DNA of 64,000 nucleotides from NCBI RefSeq assembly GCF_036365525.1, contig NC_090409.1, positions 39,628,437 to 39,692,436 of the forward strand, read 5' to 3'. Under the pieces are notes generated by a model. It searched no databases. It was not told the origin of the DNA and worked only from the letters and a program-made list of their open reading frames with translations. Within the stretch, counting starts at the first letter, position 1; each line of letters starts with the position of its first letter. The stretch comes from Heterodontus francisci. Lineage: Eukaryota. The translations under genes and the position numbers were made by a program. Below, in pieces: positions 12,300 to 24,069 of this stretch.

Positions 12300-14245
12300 C
12301 AGTCTGTTCCTGCCCCACTGAACTTATTTCTTCCTATCTTGACTCTATCTTTTCTCCCCTAGTCCAGCCTCTCCCCACCTACATCCGTGACTCTTCTGAC
12401 GCCCTACATTATTTTGACAATTTCCAGTTTCCTGGCCCCAACCGCCTCCTCTTCACTATGGACGTCCAATCTCTCTACAACTCCATCCCCCACAAGAATG
12501 ATTTGAGGGCTCTCCACTTCTTCCTTGAACAGAGGCCCAACCAGTCCCCATCCATCACCACCTTCCTCCGCCTGGCTGAACTTGTTCTCACATTGAACAA
12601 CTTCTCCTTCAACTCCGCTCACTTCCTTCAAGTACAGCGCAGTGGTTAGCACCGCAGCCTCACAGATCCATGGACCCGGGTTCGATTTTGGGCATTGACT
12701 GTGTGGAGTTTGCAAGTTCTCCCTGTGACCGTGTGGGTTTTCGCCGGGTGCTCCGGTTTCCTCCCACAGCCAAAGACTTGCAGGTTGATAGGTAAATTGG
12801 CCATTATAAATTGCCCCTAGTGTAGGTAGGTGGTACGAAATATGGGATTACTGCAGGGTTAGTATAAATGGGTGGTTGTTGGTCGGCACAGACTCGATGG
12901 GCCGAAGGGCCTGTTTCAGTGCTGTATCTCTAAATTAAAAAAAATTAAAAGGTGTTGCTATGGGAACCCACATGGGTCCTAGTTATACCTGTCTTTTTGT
13001 GGGATATGTTGAACATTCCTTGTTCCAGTCTTACTCAGGCCCCCTCCCCCAACTCTTTTTCCAGTACATTGATGACTGTATCGGTGCCGTTTCCTGCTCC
13101 CGCCCTGAACTGGAAAACTTTATCAACTTTGCTTCCAATTTCCACCCTTTTCTCACCTTTACATGGTCCATCTCAGACACTTCCCTTCCCTTCCTCGACT
13201 CCTCTATCTCCATCTCTGTTGATGCCTGTCTACTAATAATCATTATAATCCCACTAACTCCCACAGCTACCTCGACTACATTTCTTCACACCCTACCTCC
13301 TGGAAGGACTCCATTCCATTCTCCCAGTTTCTCCGTCTCCGACGCATGCACTCTGATGATGCTATCGTTCATGACAGTGCTTCCGATATGTCTTCATTTT
13401 CCCTCAACCGAGGATTCCTCCCCACTGTGGTTGACAGGGCCCTCAACTGTGTCAGGCCCATTTCCCGCACCTCTACCCTCACCCCTTCCCCTCCCTCCTA
13501 GAACCGCGACAGGGTTCCCCTTATTCTCACTTTCCACCCCACCAGTCTCCACATCCAATGGATTATCCTCTGCCATTTCCGCCACCTCCAGCGTGATGCC
13601 ACTACCAAATGCATCTTCCCCTCCCCTCCCCTGTCAGCATTCCGAAGGGATCGTTCCCTCCACGACACCCTGGTCCACTCCTCCATTACCCCCACCACCT
13701 CGTCCCCTTCCCATGGCACCTTCCCCTGCAATCGCAGGAGGTGTAATACCTGCCCATTTACCTCCTCTCTCCTCACTATCCCAGGCACCAAACACTCCTT
13801 TCAGGTGAAGCAGCGATTTACTTGTACTTCTTTCAATGTAGTATACTGTATTCGCTGCTCACAGTGTGGTCTCCTCTACATTGGGGAGACCAAACACTGT
13901 CTGGGTGACCACTTTGCGGAACATCTCCGCTCAGTCCGAAAGCAGGACCCGGGCTTCCGGTTGCTTGCCATTTCAACACTCCCCCCCCATGCCCCCCCCA
14001 CGCTGCTCTCATGCTCACATCTGTGTCCTGGGATTGCTGCAGTGTTCCAGTGAACATCGACACAAGCTCGGGGAACAGCATTTCATTTACTGATTGGGCA
14101 CACCACAGCCTGCCAGACTGAACACTGAGTTCAATAATTTCAGAGCATGACTGGTGCACACACACCCCACCACTTTGTTTTACTTTGCATTTTTTATTTA
14201 TATTTCATTTTAATTTAGTTTGTTTCATCATTACACTTTTTAAAA
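12300..14245 (+). mobile_element. Penelope-like element (RT + GIY-YIG), degenerate
   Basis: MDVQSLY, GVAMGTHMGPSY and YIDD RT motifs; NVVYCIRCSQCGLLYIGET GIY-YIG domain. Confidence 0.9.
12636..12950 (+). mobile_element. HE1-like V-SINE inserted into the Penelope RT
   Basis: tRNA head gcgcagtggttagcacc...gggttcgatt, V-domain gtgtggagtttgca...tccggtttcctcccaca, CR1-like tail; splits FLQV|KGVAMG. Confidence 0.85.
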
Positions 14246-14630
14246 TCAATGTGTCTCAGAGCCGGGAGGGAGGGGGGTCAGTAATGGGGAGTGGGACCAT
14301 GGACTGTGTCAGGGCTGCTCCCGGTCTAAATGTGTCTCAGAGCCAGGAGGGAGGGAGGTCAGTAATGGGGAGTGGGACCATGGGCTGTGTCAGGGCTGCT
14401 CCCGGTCTCAATGTGTCTCAGAGCCAGGAGGGAGGGGGGTCAGTAATGGGGAGTGGGACCATGGACTGTGTCAGGGCTGCTCCCGGTCTCAATGTGTCTC
14501 AGAGCCGGGAGGGAGGGGGGTCAGTAATGGGGAGTGGGACCATGGACTGTGTCAGGGCTGCTCCCGGTCTCAATGTGTCTCAGAGCCGGGAGGGAGGGGG
14601 GTCAGTAATGGGGAGCGGGACCATGGGCTC
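14246..14630 (+). repeat. 81-bp minisatellite, right half (~4.7 units)
   Basis: Same unit as 4056-4368, resuming in register. Confidence 0.95.
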
Positions 14631-14709
14631 TGTCCTGTCCCGGTTCAGAAATGGACATGAGCAGCAAGAAACTGTGGTAAAGGGGGGTAACTGTGTTTTC
14701 TTGTTGCAG

Positions 14710-14773
14710 GGACCCAACTTACAGAAACTCCTCCTCCTGCTGCTGCTGCTAAATGCTGTTGCTGCTGTTTCAG
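14710..14773 (+). CDS. IgV B7-like gene, signal-peptide exon (GPNLQKLLLLLLLLNAVAAVS-G)
   Basis: Acceptor ttttcttgttgcag|, donor cag|gtaaac, phase 0 to 1, poly-Leu hydrophobic core. Confidence 0.85.
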
Positions 14774-15907
14774 GTAAACGCTGTGACTGCTCTCACATTT
14801 CAGCAGAGCTCGGGGCTGCTGGTGACATGGATTATATCAGGATTGATCTTCCTGGATGGTGCTAACCTTGTGAATTTATACAGACTGCAGTTAGCTATCT
14901 CCTGGAAAGAACATTTGTCTGGGTGTCTGGGACTGAAATCAGTAATGTGTATATTACTGGGGAATAGTCTTCATTATATCAGGAATTCATCTTGCTTTAA
15001 GGTGCTGTGTTCACTGTGAGTGGGCCCATTGAGGGAGTGGACACAGTCGGTTCACATTACACATAATGATCATGAGACCTGAAAGGAAGGCAGTTAATGT
15101 CTTCAGATTAACCCCTGTGATGTGAACAGTGGAATCTGGACACTGAGCAACACTCGGTGACACTGGGATGGGTGACTGGGATCCAGTGGTACTGGGATGG
15201 GGTCCTGAGCACTGGGATCAGGAGTCTGGGACAGTCCTGGATCAAATAGAACTGGGAATTGCCTCTGAGCATGGGGAGTAGGGTCATCAGGACTGGGGGT
15301 TGGGTTTTGGGTCCTGGGAGGGGGCAGAGTCTGGCCGTATTAGGGTGAGGAGCAAGGTCTGACAGGTTAGTGGTGGAGAGAGGTGAGGATCCACATTGCC
15401 TCGGCCCCTTTCAGACCATCAGGTGCTGCCTCACCCCCTACACAGTGTACTCATCCGTCATTGTCCCCCCAACCTGTCCAAAGCCCTTTCCACATCCTCG
15501 GGTACCCCCTCCCCCACCCGTTCCTGTCTTTACATTTCAGGGTCAGTTTTCTGCTCCTGAGCTCCACCTCACATTGTGCACCCCCAGTCTGTCATTGTTC
15601 TCCCAAAGGGGGGAGGTGGGCAGGGTGACCAATATCCTGATGTGTTCTCCCAGCATGTGTACAATGGGAAACACACGATTCAAAGTGCTGTCCAGCTGCT
15701 CTGTGGATACAAATATCCAGCACAAGCTGGTTTTAGTTGAAGGCCCTTAATGCCTGACCTTTAACCTTCCCACAGAAATGAAAGCAGTGAGTTACTGATC
15801 AGTGCTTCTTGTAAATCAAGCATCGCAGTGTAACCATGTGAAGCTTGGGATGGAATGTACCAGCAGGGAGGTTATATCTGTGGATAAATACTTTCAATCT
15901 TTTCCAG

Positions 15908-16231
15908 GTTACTCAGTTTCTGGGTTCCTTGGGGAGCAGGTTGTGCTGCCCTGTACCTACAAAGGGAATGTCCCAGTCTCTGATTTACAGGTAATTTGGT
16001 GGATATTCGGGAATGGAGTTTTACACAAATTTGTCAATGGGAATGATGATTTGACTCTACAAGCCCCACAGTTCAGAGACAGAACAAACCTGTTCAAAGA
16101 TCAACTGGAACAAGGCAACTGGTCACTTCTGATCTCTGACCTCAGGCAGTCAGACCAGAATGAGTATCGGTGTGAGATTCAACAGAGGGAGACTCCTGTC
16201 TTTCATCAAGATGTCGATCTCTCTGTAACAG
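15908..16231 (+). CDS. IgV domain exon, B7/butyrophilin/MOG-type V-set
   Basis: 324 nt, phase 1/1. VVLPC...VIW...QAPQFRDRTNLFKDQLEQGNWSLLISDLRQSDQNEYRC resembles the B7-family Q..F/YxxRT.LF...L..GN.SL signature; NWS sequon. Confidence 0.93.
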
Positions 16232-16282
16232 GTGAGAGGTTTCTGTTTCAGGTATTCTGCATTTACTCTCTGATTTTATGGG

Positions 16283-17190
16283 TACGGTGGTGCAGTGGTT
16301 ATGTTACTGGACTAGTAATCCAGAGGCCTGGAATAATAATCCAGAGAATGTGAGTTCAAATCCCACCATGGCACTTTCAGAATTGAAATTCAGTTTAAAA
16401 TAAATCTGGAAATATAAAGTTGGTCCCAATAAAAGTGACCATGAAGCTGTTGGATTGTTGTAAAACCCAACTGGTTCACTAATGTCCCTCTCGGGAAGGA
16501 AACCTGCCGTCCTTACCCGGTCTGGTCTATATGTGACTCCAGTCCCACATTAACCTGGTTAACTTTTAACTGCCCTCTGACCTGCTCGGCCACTTCAATC
16601 AGTTTGTATCAAACCACCAGAAAGAAAAACAGGAATAAAACTGAACGGCCCACTGGCTGTGACCCAGACATTGAATCAGGACACAGGAAAGGCAAACCCA
16701 GCCCAGTCAACACTGCAAAGTCCCCCTCACTGACATCTGGAGACTGGTGTCCATGTTGGGAGAGCTGTGTGAGACAGTCACACTCACAGAATCAACCCTA
16801 CATCCCAGACTCCTCTATCACCATCCCTGGGTATGTACTGTCCCACTGGCAGGACAGACCCACCAGAGGTGGGGACACAGTGGTATACAGTCAGGAGGCA
16901 GTGACCCCAGGACTCCTCAACATTGACCCTGAACCCCATGAAATCTCACAGCTTCAGGTCAAACATGGGCCTGGAGACCTCCTGCTGATTATCACCTCCT
17001 GCCCTCCCTCAGCTGATCAATCAGTTTTCCTCCATGTTGAACACCACTTGGAGGAAGCACTGAGGGTAACAAGGACACAGAATGTACCGAGTGGGGACTT
17101 CACTATCTATCACCAAGGGTGACTCGGTAATCCCACCACTGACCGAGCTGGCTGAGCCCTGAAGGACAGAGCTGCTAAACTGGGTGATGG
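16283..17190 (+). mobile_element. 5' part of a LINE: tRNA-derived head running into the endonuclease region
   Basis: A box TGGTGCAGTGG, B box GAGTTCAAATCC, then sequence homologous to the 5' end and EN region of 7500-10392. Confidence 0.75.
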
Positions 17191-17579
17191 AAGGAGTTAA
17201 CGGTGCTATCAAGCTGCTCTCACTCTCCAGAAACGTGCTCCATCTGTCTCCAGATGTTGGGGTGCAGGAGGTGGGGTCCATAGCACCTCTCAGGCAGTCT
17301 TTACAAGACCCAGTGCACTTACCTTGAAAGTGTATCCCAGTCGGCCCAGGATCCTGTGGGAATTCTCTCCACAGGTGGGTGTAGTCTGCTGGGAATGATC
17401 CTGCTGGGGGTAACTCTGGAAAACTTCCATTCAACCCCTCAAAGTGAATGCAATCCTGTTGGATTTTTCACTCTGCCGACCCTGTTCCTGATCCTTCCTG
17501 ATCAGTTTTCCCCGAGTCTCGTTCCTCCCGGGATGTGTTTCCCTACAGCCCGATAGAGTCTTTGAACATTTCTGCAGTT

Positions 17580-19700
17580 TACATAAGAAATGGGAGCAAG
17601 AGGAGGCCATTCAGCCCTTCGAGCCTGTTCCAATATTCAATGAGATCATGGCTGATCTTCTACTTCAACACCATTTTCCTGCACTACCCCCGTAACCCTT
17701 GATATTTTTAATATGTAGAAATCTGTCGATCTCAGTCTTGAACATACTCAATGATTGAGCCTCCACTGCCCTCTGGGGCAGAGAATTCTGAAGATTCACC
17801 ACCCTCTGAGTGAAGAAATTCCTCTTCATCTCAGTCCGAAATGGCCGACCTCTTATTCTGAGACTGTGTCCCCTGGTTCTAGACCCCACCCCCAGCCTGG
17901 GGAGACATCCTTCCTACATCTACCCTGTCGAGACCTGTAAGAATTTTGTATGTTTGAATGAGATCACCTCTTATTCTTCTAAACTCTTGAGAATAAAGGC
18001 CCAGTCCATTTAATCTTTCCTCATCGGACAATCCCTCCATCCCGGGAATTAGTTTGGTGAACCTTCGTTGCACTCTCTTCGAGGCAAGTGTATCTTTCCT
18101 TTGGTAATGAGACTAAAACTACACAATACTCCAGATGCAGTCTCACCAAGGCTCTATATAATTGCAGTCTTTACTCCTATACTCAAATCCTCTTGTAATA
18201 AAAACCAACATACCATTAGCTGCTTTAATTGCTTGCTGTACCTGCATGTTAGCTTTCAGTGACTCATGAACAAGGACACCCAAGTCCTTTTGAAATTCAA
18301 CATTCCCAGCCTCTCACTGTTTAAGAAATACTCTGTATTTCTGTTTTCCCTCCCAAAGTGGATTACCTCACATTTATCCAATCTTTTGCCCACTTGCTTA
18401 ACCTCTCCATATCTCCTTGAAGCCTCTTTGCATCCTCCTCACAACTCTCACTTCCACCTAGTTTTTTGTCTTCTGCAAACTTGGAAATATTACATTTAAT
18501 CCCCACATCCAAATCATTGATCTAGATTGTGAATAGCTGGGCCCAAGCACCGATCCTTGTAGTATCCCACTTGTAACAACCTGCCAACCTGGAAATGACC
18601 CATTTATTCCGACTCTCTGTTTTCTGTCTGTTAACCAGTTCTCAATCCCTGCCAGTAGATTCACTCCAATCCCATGTGTTCTCATTTTGTTTACCAACCT
18701 CTTGTGTGGGACTTTATCAGAGGTTTTCTTCAAATCCAGATATCGCACATCCACCTCTTCCCTCCCTTTTCTATTCTGTTAGTTACATCCTCAAAAAAAA
18801 AACTCCAACAGGTTTATAAACCATGATTTCCCTTTCATAAATCCAGGTTGACTCTGCCCAATCCTACCATTATTTTCGAAGTGTCCAGTTATCACATCCT
18901 TTATTGTAGATTCTAGCATTTTCCCTATGACTGATGTCTAGGCTAACAGGTCTGTAGTTCCCTGTTTTCTCTCTCCCTCCTTTCTTAAACAGTTGGGTTA
19001 CATTTACCACCTTCCAGTCTGCGGGAACCATTCCAGAGTCTACAGAATTTTGAAAGATGACCACTAATGCATCAACTATCTCTACAGCCACCTCTTTCAA
19101 CATGCTGGGATATAGATCATCAGGTCCAGAGGATTTATCTACTTTCAGTCCCACTAATTTCTCTTGTACTTGTTTATTAATATTGGTATCTTGCAGTTCC
19201 TTGTTGACACTAGTCCCTTGATTCTCCATTATTTCTGGGAGCTTTTTAGTATTTTCCTCCATGAAGACAGACACAAAGTATTTGTTTTATTTTCTCTGCC
19301 ATTTCCTTGTTCCCAATTATAAATTCTCCTAAGTCTGTTTGTAATGGACCCACATTTGTCTTTGCTAATCTTTTCTGTTTTACAGATCTGGAGAAGCTTT
19401 TACAGTCTGTTTTTATGTTTCTCGCTAATTTACTCTCCTATTCTATTTCCCTTTCTTAATCTTTTTCCCGGTCCTCCTTTGCAGAATTTTGAAATGTTCC
19501 CAATCCTCAGGATTAACATTTTTTGGACAACTTTATACGCCTCTTCCTTTGCTCTAATACAATCCTTGATTTCTTTTGTTAGCTACAGTTGGAACACTTT
19601 CCTTGCTGGGATTTTTTACATTAAAGAAATGCATTTTTGTTGTAAACTATGTATTAGATCTTCAAATGTTAGCAATTGCCTGTCTACCGTCACACACAAT
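17580..19700 (-). mobile_element. CR1 LINE ORF2 fragment, degenerate
   Basis: KTGNYRPVSL, DKVPHKRL, GILQGSVLGP, RGHSLRIRG...FFTQRVVNL; CR1 3' tail near 17580. Confidence 0.85.
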
Positions 19701-20456
19701 ACTAAACACATGATGTTTTCTTTAGAGCGAACCCGTACACCTGTACTGAACACATCTGTACTGAACACACCTGTACTGAACACACCTGTACCAGGTAAAT
19801 CTGTTTCTAAACTACTGCATGTGTTTTTAGATTTTACATATGCTCACACTGAATGGGTAATAAGTCCAACAATACGTGCGAGGAGCTCATGGACTGTTCT
19901 GTCACTACGTTCGAGACCATTCGATCAGCTGCCTCTGCTGTGTCCCTCCCTTCCACTAGCACACCTGGCCAAACCTCCTATAATCCTCCCCCCTGACCTA
20001 ACCCTGAACTCCCATCTTTCTCTGGTTTCTCTCCTATTTCCACTCATTCCCTGTCTGAGCTCATCATGTCCATGAGACCCACCTCTTGTTCCCTTGATCC
20101 TGTTCCTGCTAAACTACTAATCATCCAACTTTCCCTCCTGGTCGTAATGTTAGTCGATATTGTAAATGCTTGTCTCCAGGTGTTATCTGCCTCTCCTGTA
20201 AATCTGGCGAGATCATCCCTATCCTCAAAAAAATAACCCTTAACCTTCGGAAACTACTGTCCCATCTCCTACCTCCCTTTCCCCTCCCAAATCCTTTAAT
20301 GTGTTGTCACCTTCCAAATCTTTTCCCATCTTTCCGGGAACTCCAGGATCTGGATGTAAACCAGCATCCATCCAATCCTATGATATTCACGAGTTTAAAA
20401 TTCCCACTCTATTTCAGTGAGCTGTTTGGGGGGGTGGGGGGTGGGGGGGGTGGTGG

Positions 20457-20491
<35 letters not shown>

Positions 20492-20573
20492 CTGAAACAC
20501 TAGGTGCTGACGGTCTCTGCTGTTAGTTTTGTTAGTGTGTCCCAGTCTGTTAACGGCTTTATTCTGTCTCTAG

Positions 20574-20676
20574 ATCCTGGACTCTCTACTGGAGCAGTAG
20601 TTGGATTGGTCATCGCAATTCTTCTTCTTCTCATTGCTGTAATTGTAGTTTTCGTTATTCAAAAGCGACAAAGATG
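20574..20676 (+). CDS. IgV B7-like gene, transmembrane exon (DPGLSTGAVVGLVIAILLLLIAVIVVFVIQKRQR)
   Basis: Acceptor tctgtctctag|, donor atg|gtgagt, phase 1 to 2, hydrophobic helix followed by basic stop-transfer KRQR. Confidence 0.9.
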
Positions 20677-21822
20677 GTGAGTTCTGGAATGTTCTGCAGT
20701 TCCCATTGTTAATTCTAGTTTTGTTTTATTATATTTGGTGTTGTGGAAATGTTGTGTGCACTGATACACTTTGTGCTGTGTGGGATGTTTCAATGCTGCA
20801 TTATCCAGTCACTTCCAGCTTGTTGTCATCCTCTAGCTGCTGAACTGAAGGTGAAGAGCAGGAATGTGCGGCTCCCTCTATCACACAGTTAATAGACACT
20901 CGCCTAATCTCTGCAGCAAACAACTCACCAGCCTACACCTAAAATCCCCTTGTCCTCTCTCCTCTGACTTTTCACCACCCTCTGATCCTTGCTCTGTTCC
21001 CCAGCCACTGACTCCATCCCCCTCCCTGGCCACTGTCTGAGGCTGAACCAGACTGTTCACAACCTCGGAGTCCTATCAGACCCTGAGCTGAGCTTCCTAC
21101 ACTGTATCCTCTCCATCACTGAGACCTCCTCCCTTCACCTCTGTGTTATACCCTGTGTCCACTCCCACCCCTGTGACCCGAGGTTTCAACCACTAACAAG
21201 GGTATGTTGCATTTCTCTGCCTCCCTCAACATCCACATCTCCCTGCCCACCTCTTATCCACCTGCCAGTGGGGAGGGGGAACTATTGCAGACTCTCTAAC
21301 TCTGTCCTCTGACTCTCCCCCATCACAATATTTCTGTTTCCGTCAGCCTGTTTGGTCACTGCTGGGTCGGGTTTGATCACATCAGGGAATATCCTGTCCA
21401 TCTGTGACTCCTCTCAATAATTCAGGATCAGTCTGGAGAGTACAGACATTCCCAGCCTCCTCCTGTCTGATCTGACCCCCATCATCTTCAGCTCAGTGTT
21501 AACCGAGATCTTCATCAATTCTTCTTAATCTCCAATGTTGAGGTGAGCTGTTATTTTTCTATTGGTCTGGTGCCTCGGTCAGCACAGGTCCTGTGGAGTG
21601 TCCAGCTCTTGCCCATTGCCTCCTCTATAAGCCTCCTCTCCTCTACACTCTGTGCTCCATCACCGTGCAGCTCCTGTGACCCATTTTCCAGCTGCCATTG
21701 GTGCCCAGGATGTTGAGTGTAATTTAATCGGTCTGTGTTCCTGAACAGCTCCTTTACACACTTGTACAAAGTGTTGGATTCTTTTAATGTAACCTGAACT
21801 CTGCTGTTTTTTTCTCTCCCAG

Positions 21823-21994
21823 GAATTGTGTTCAAAATCGACACCGCATCAAACAAAATGAAGCATCTAATGTCCCTTTGACAGGGGTGACTTGTTCAGG
21901 TGAAACCCGGGACCTTGTGACAACAGCACCTGAGCATCAGAATGGAGCAGCTGGAGAACAAAACCTTCTGGGGAACGGGGCTGTCCAGCACTAA
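21823..21994 (+). CDS. IgV B7-like gene, cytoplasmic/terminal exon (WNCVQNRHR...GEQNLLGNGAVQH*)
   Basis: Strong acceptor tttttttctctcccag|, phase 2 matches the TM exon, open to TAA 21992-21994; total CDS 684 nt, 227 aa. Confidence 0.82.
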
Positions 21995-22569
21995 CTGAGT
22001 TTACACTGCACTGAGCCTGGGTCAGGGAGGGGTGAACCAGCACTTCCAGTCGGTTAATTCCAGCTTTTATTTTTAAAAAAACTCAGTTTTCAACTGGGAC
22101 CCCTGCCCCTTTGTCAGTAAGCTATTTTCTACTTTTGTAAATGTCCTTGCCCTTTTGATGTCTTTACCTTTCCTTGTATGTTTGTGAGCGTGCATTGTGA
22201 AGTTAACCCCCTCTCAGGTTGATGTGTTCATGACACTACTTTTTAAAAAAACTTTAACAGTTTTGTTGTGATCCTTTAAAAGTCAGGATTTACAAACAGA
22301 GAGTGGAGAAATACGCCTTCAGGGTATTTTTTTAAGGAAAGGGAAAAGTTTAAATTACAATCGGCTTACGGACAGGTTTTTGGAAATATGGAGAAATTTG
22401 TTTTCAAAATTAACGACCTATTCGAAACAACAAAAACACACAGTACCCAGTGAATATCGTTGAACACAGTGGTTTAGTTTCATTTACACACAGAACACAA
22501 CAATAATGGAGAGAGAGATGTCCAGGACAAAGTATTAACACTAATTCACACTGAGAAATATTAACACTC

Positions 22570-22575
22570 AATAAA
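22570..22575 (+). terminator. Candidate polyadenylation signal of the IgV gene
   Basis: AATAAA about 575 nt after the stop codon. Confidence 0.4.
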
Positions 22576-23770
22576 TACAGAGTTTTATAAAAACCCTCCC
22601 ATTCACAAATTAGGAAGCAGTAACACTGTGTTGATCCGCTGTGATTTTTCTCTAATATCTGTAAAGACCTGGAGAGACATGAACCGGGTGAGGGTCTGGG
22701 GAAGGGGCTTTCACTTCCCCCACTGGGGAGCTCGTGTCCCTGGGCTACTGGGGTGGAAACCCCAGTCACTGTGTGGGGGGAATGGGTAATGACAGCAGCA
22801 GAGCAGACCATGGGATCACTGCACTAACACACCGCGGCCTTTGGTATGAACCAGTACAGCAAGCTGATTGACAAGACCCTTCAGAGGTGGAGACCCTTCC
22901 CCGGCCTGGGAGAAAGATACAGGAACACGGGAATACTGTTCACACATCAAGGTAGACAGCAGCAAAAAAATATCCCAGGGATCCAGACTTGTTCCTCAAA
23001 CTCTCATCCTCAGGAAACAATTCTCCAAAATTCCTTTTTTAAAATAATTCTTTATATAATTTAAATTTCCCAATATACATTACACACAAAAACAAATTGT
23101 TTTAGTGACAGCTTTTCCCAAGGCCTTTACTCCAGACCGTTCGGCAGTCACCAGGCCCCCTCTGGTGTCACTCAGTGGATGTAGATGGGCTATTTGATTG
23201 TGGCAGGCATCACAGCCAACCTTCTTACTCGAGAGAGGTGCCAAGATTTCAACAGGAGAGACGGAGATCAGGAGCAGGAAATGTAGGAAGTGTATAAAAC
23301 GTTATATATGACAGCAGTCAGATCCATAATGATTGAAGAGATGGATTTGAAGAGAGGCTGTGGGATATTTCAGTTTAATGTCAGACACTCGCCACTGTAA
23401 AGATTAGAAATAAGAATCAGCTGTGAGGCAATGTGGACTCAGCTGATATTGTGTGAGATTGCTGAGCTTTTCTATTTCTAATGCAGAGACTGTGTGAATT
23501 CTATCTGCAATCTATGCAGACACACAGGAGCAGTAGTGTGAAGCTTACACACACACACTCAGCAGTGTGAGTGTTGCGTGCGCACGCACACACGAGTAGT
23601 GAACCTTACATACAGAAGTAATGTGAACGTCACACACACAAACACACCCACATGTGGAACTCACATGTTTGCAGCCTTGCTCACGTGTGTTAGTACAGAG
23701 TGGTCAAGCACAGGGGTCACAGTGCGGTGCCAGTGATGTATCCAATCCCTCCGGCCAGCCGGGACCCTCC

Positions 23771-23974
23771 TCACTTCCACCGTTTTCCATTTTTCGAGCG
23801 GTTCGGGTGCCCCTGGGACAGGAGGAATCCTGGGGGAGGCCGCAGGACCTTGTCCAGCCTGGGCATCACGTAGTAGCTGATGAGGGGGACGGGCTGGTAG
23901 AAGGTGGTGAACTGCACCAGCTTGTGAGGGTACAGGGGCCAAGCAGCAGCGGACTGGGAGAAACTTTCAGCCAC
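23771..23974 (-). CDS. BTG3/BTG4-family gene, last coding exon (VAESFSQ...KRWK*)
   Basis: Acceptor tttattttcag|GTG, phase 0, 204 nt to TGA. Confidence 0.82.
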   Translation of the reverse strand: MAESFSQSAAAWPLYPHKLVQFTTFYQPVPLISYYVMPRLDKVLRPPPGFLLSQGHPNRSKNGKRWK

Positions 23975-24069
23975 CTGAAAATAAATTAAAACAATGAAAC
24001 AACCCGGGGAAAGCACACAGACGTCAAACTCCATTTTATCCCCAGCCCCGTCTCCACAAGCCATACAGA

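Noticed and set aside
12636-12700. tRNA-like sequences (also ~16283, ~51150, ~55185)
   Set aside because: They are SINE/LINE heads continuing into repeat bodies, not tRNA genes.
14185-14865. 226-aa ORF with 27-aa repeats followed by poly-Leu
   Set aside because: The 81-bp array happens to be in frame with the real signal-peptide exon, which has its own acceptor at 14709.
23661-23942. Alternative frame in the last BTG exon containing DWIHHW, faintly like the BTG3/4 C-terminal DRxHW
   Set aside because: Similarity too weak, and the splice phase selects the other frame.
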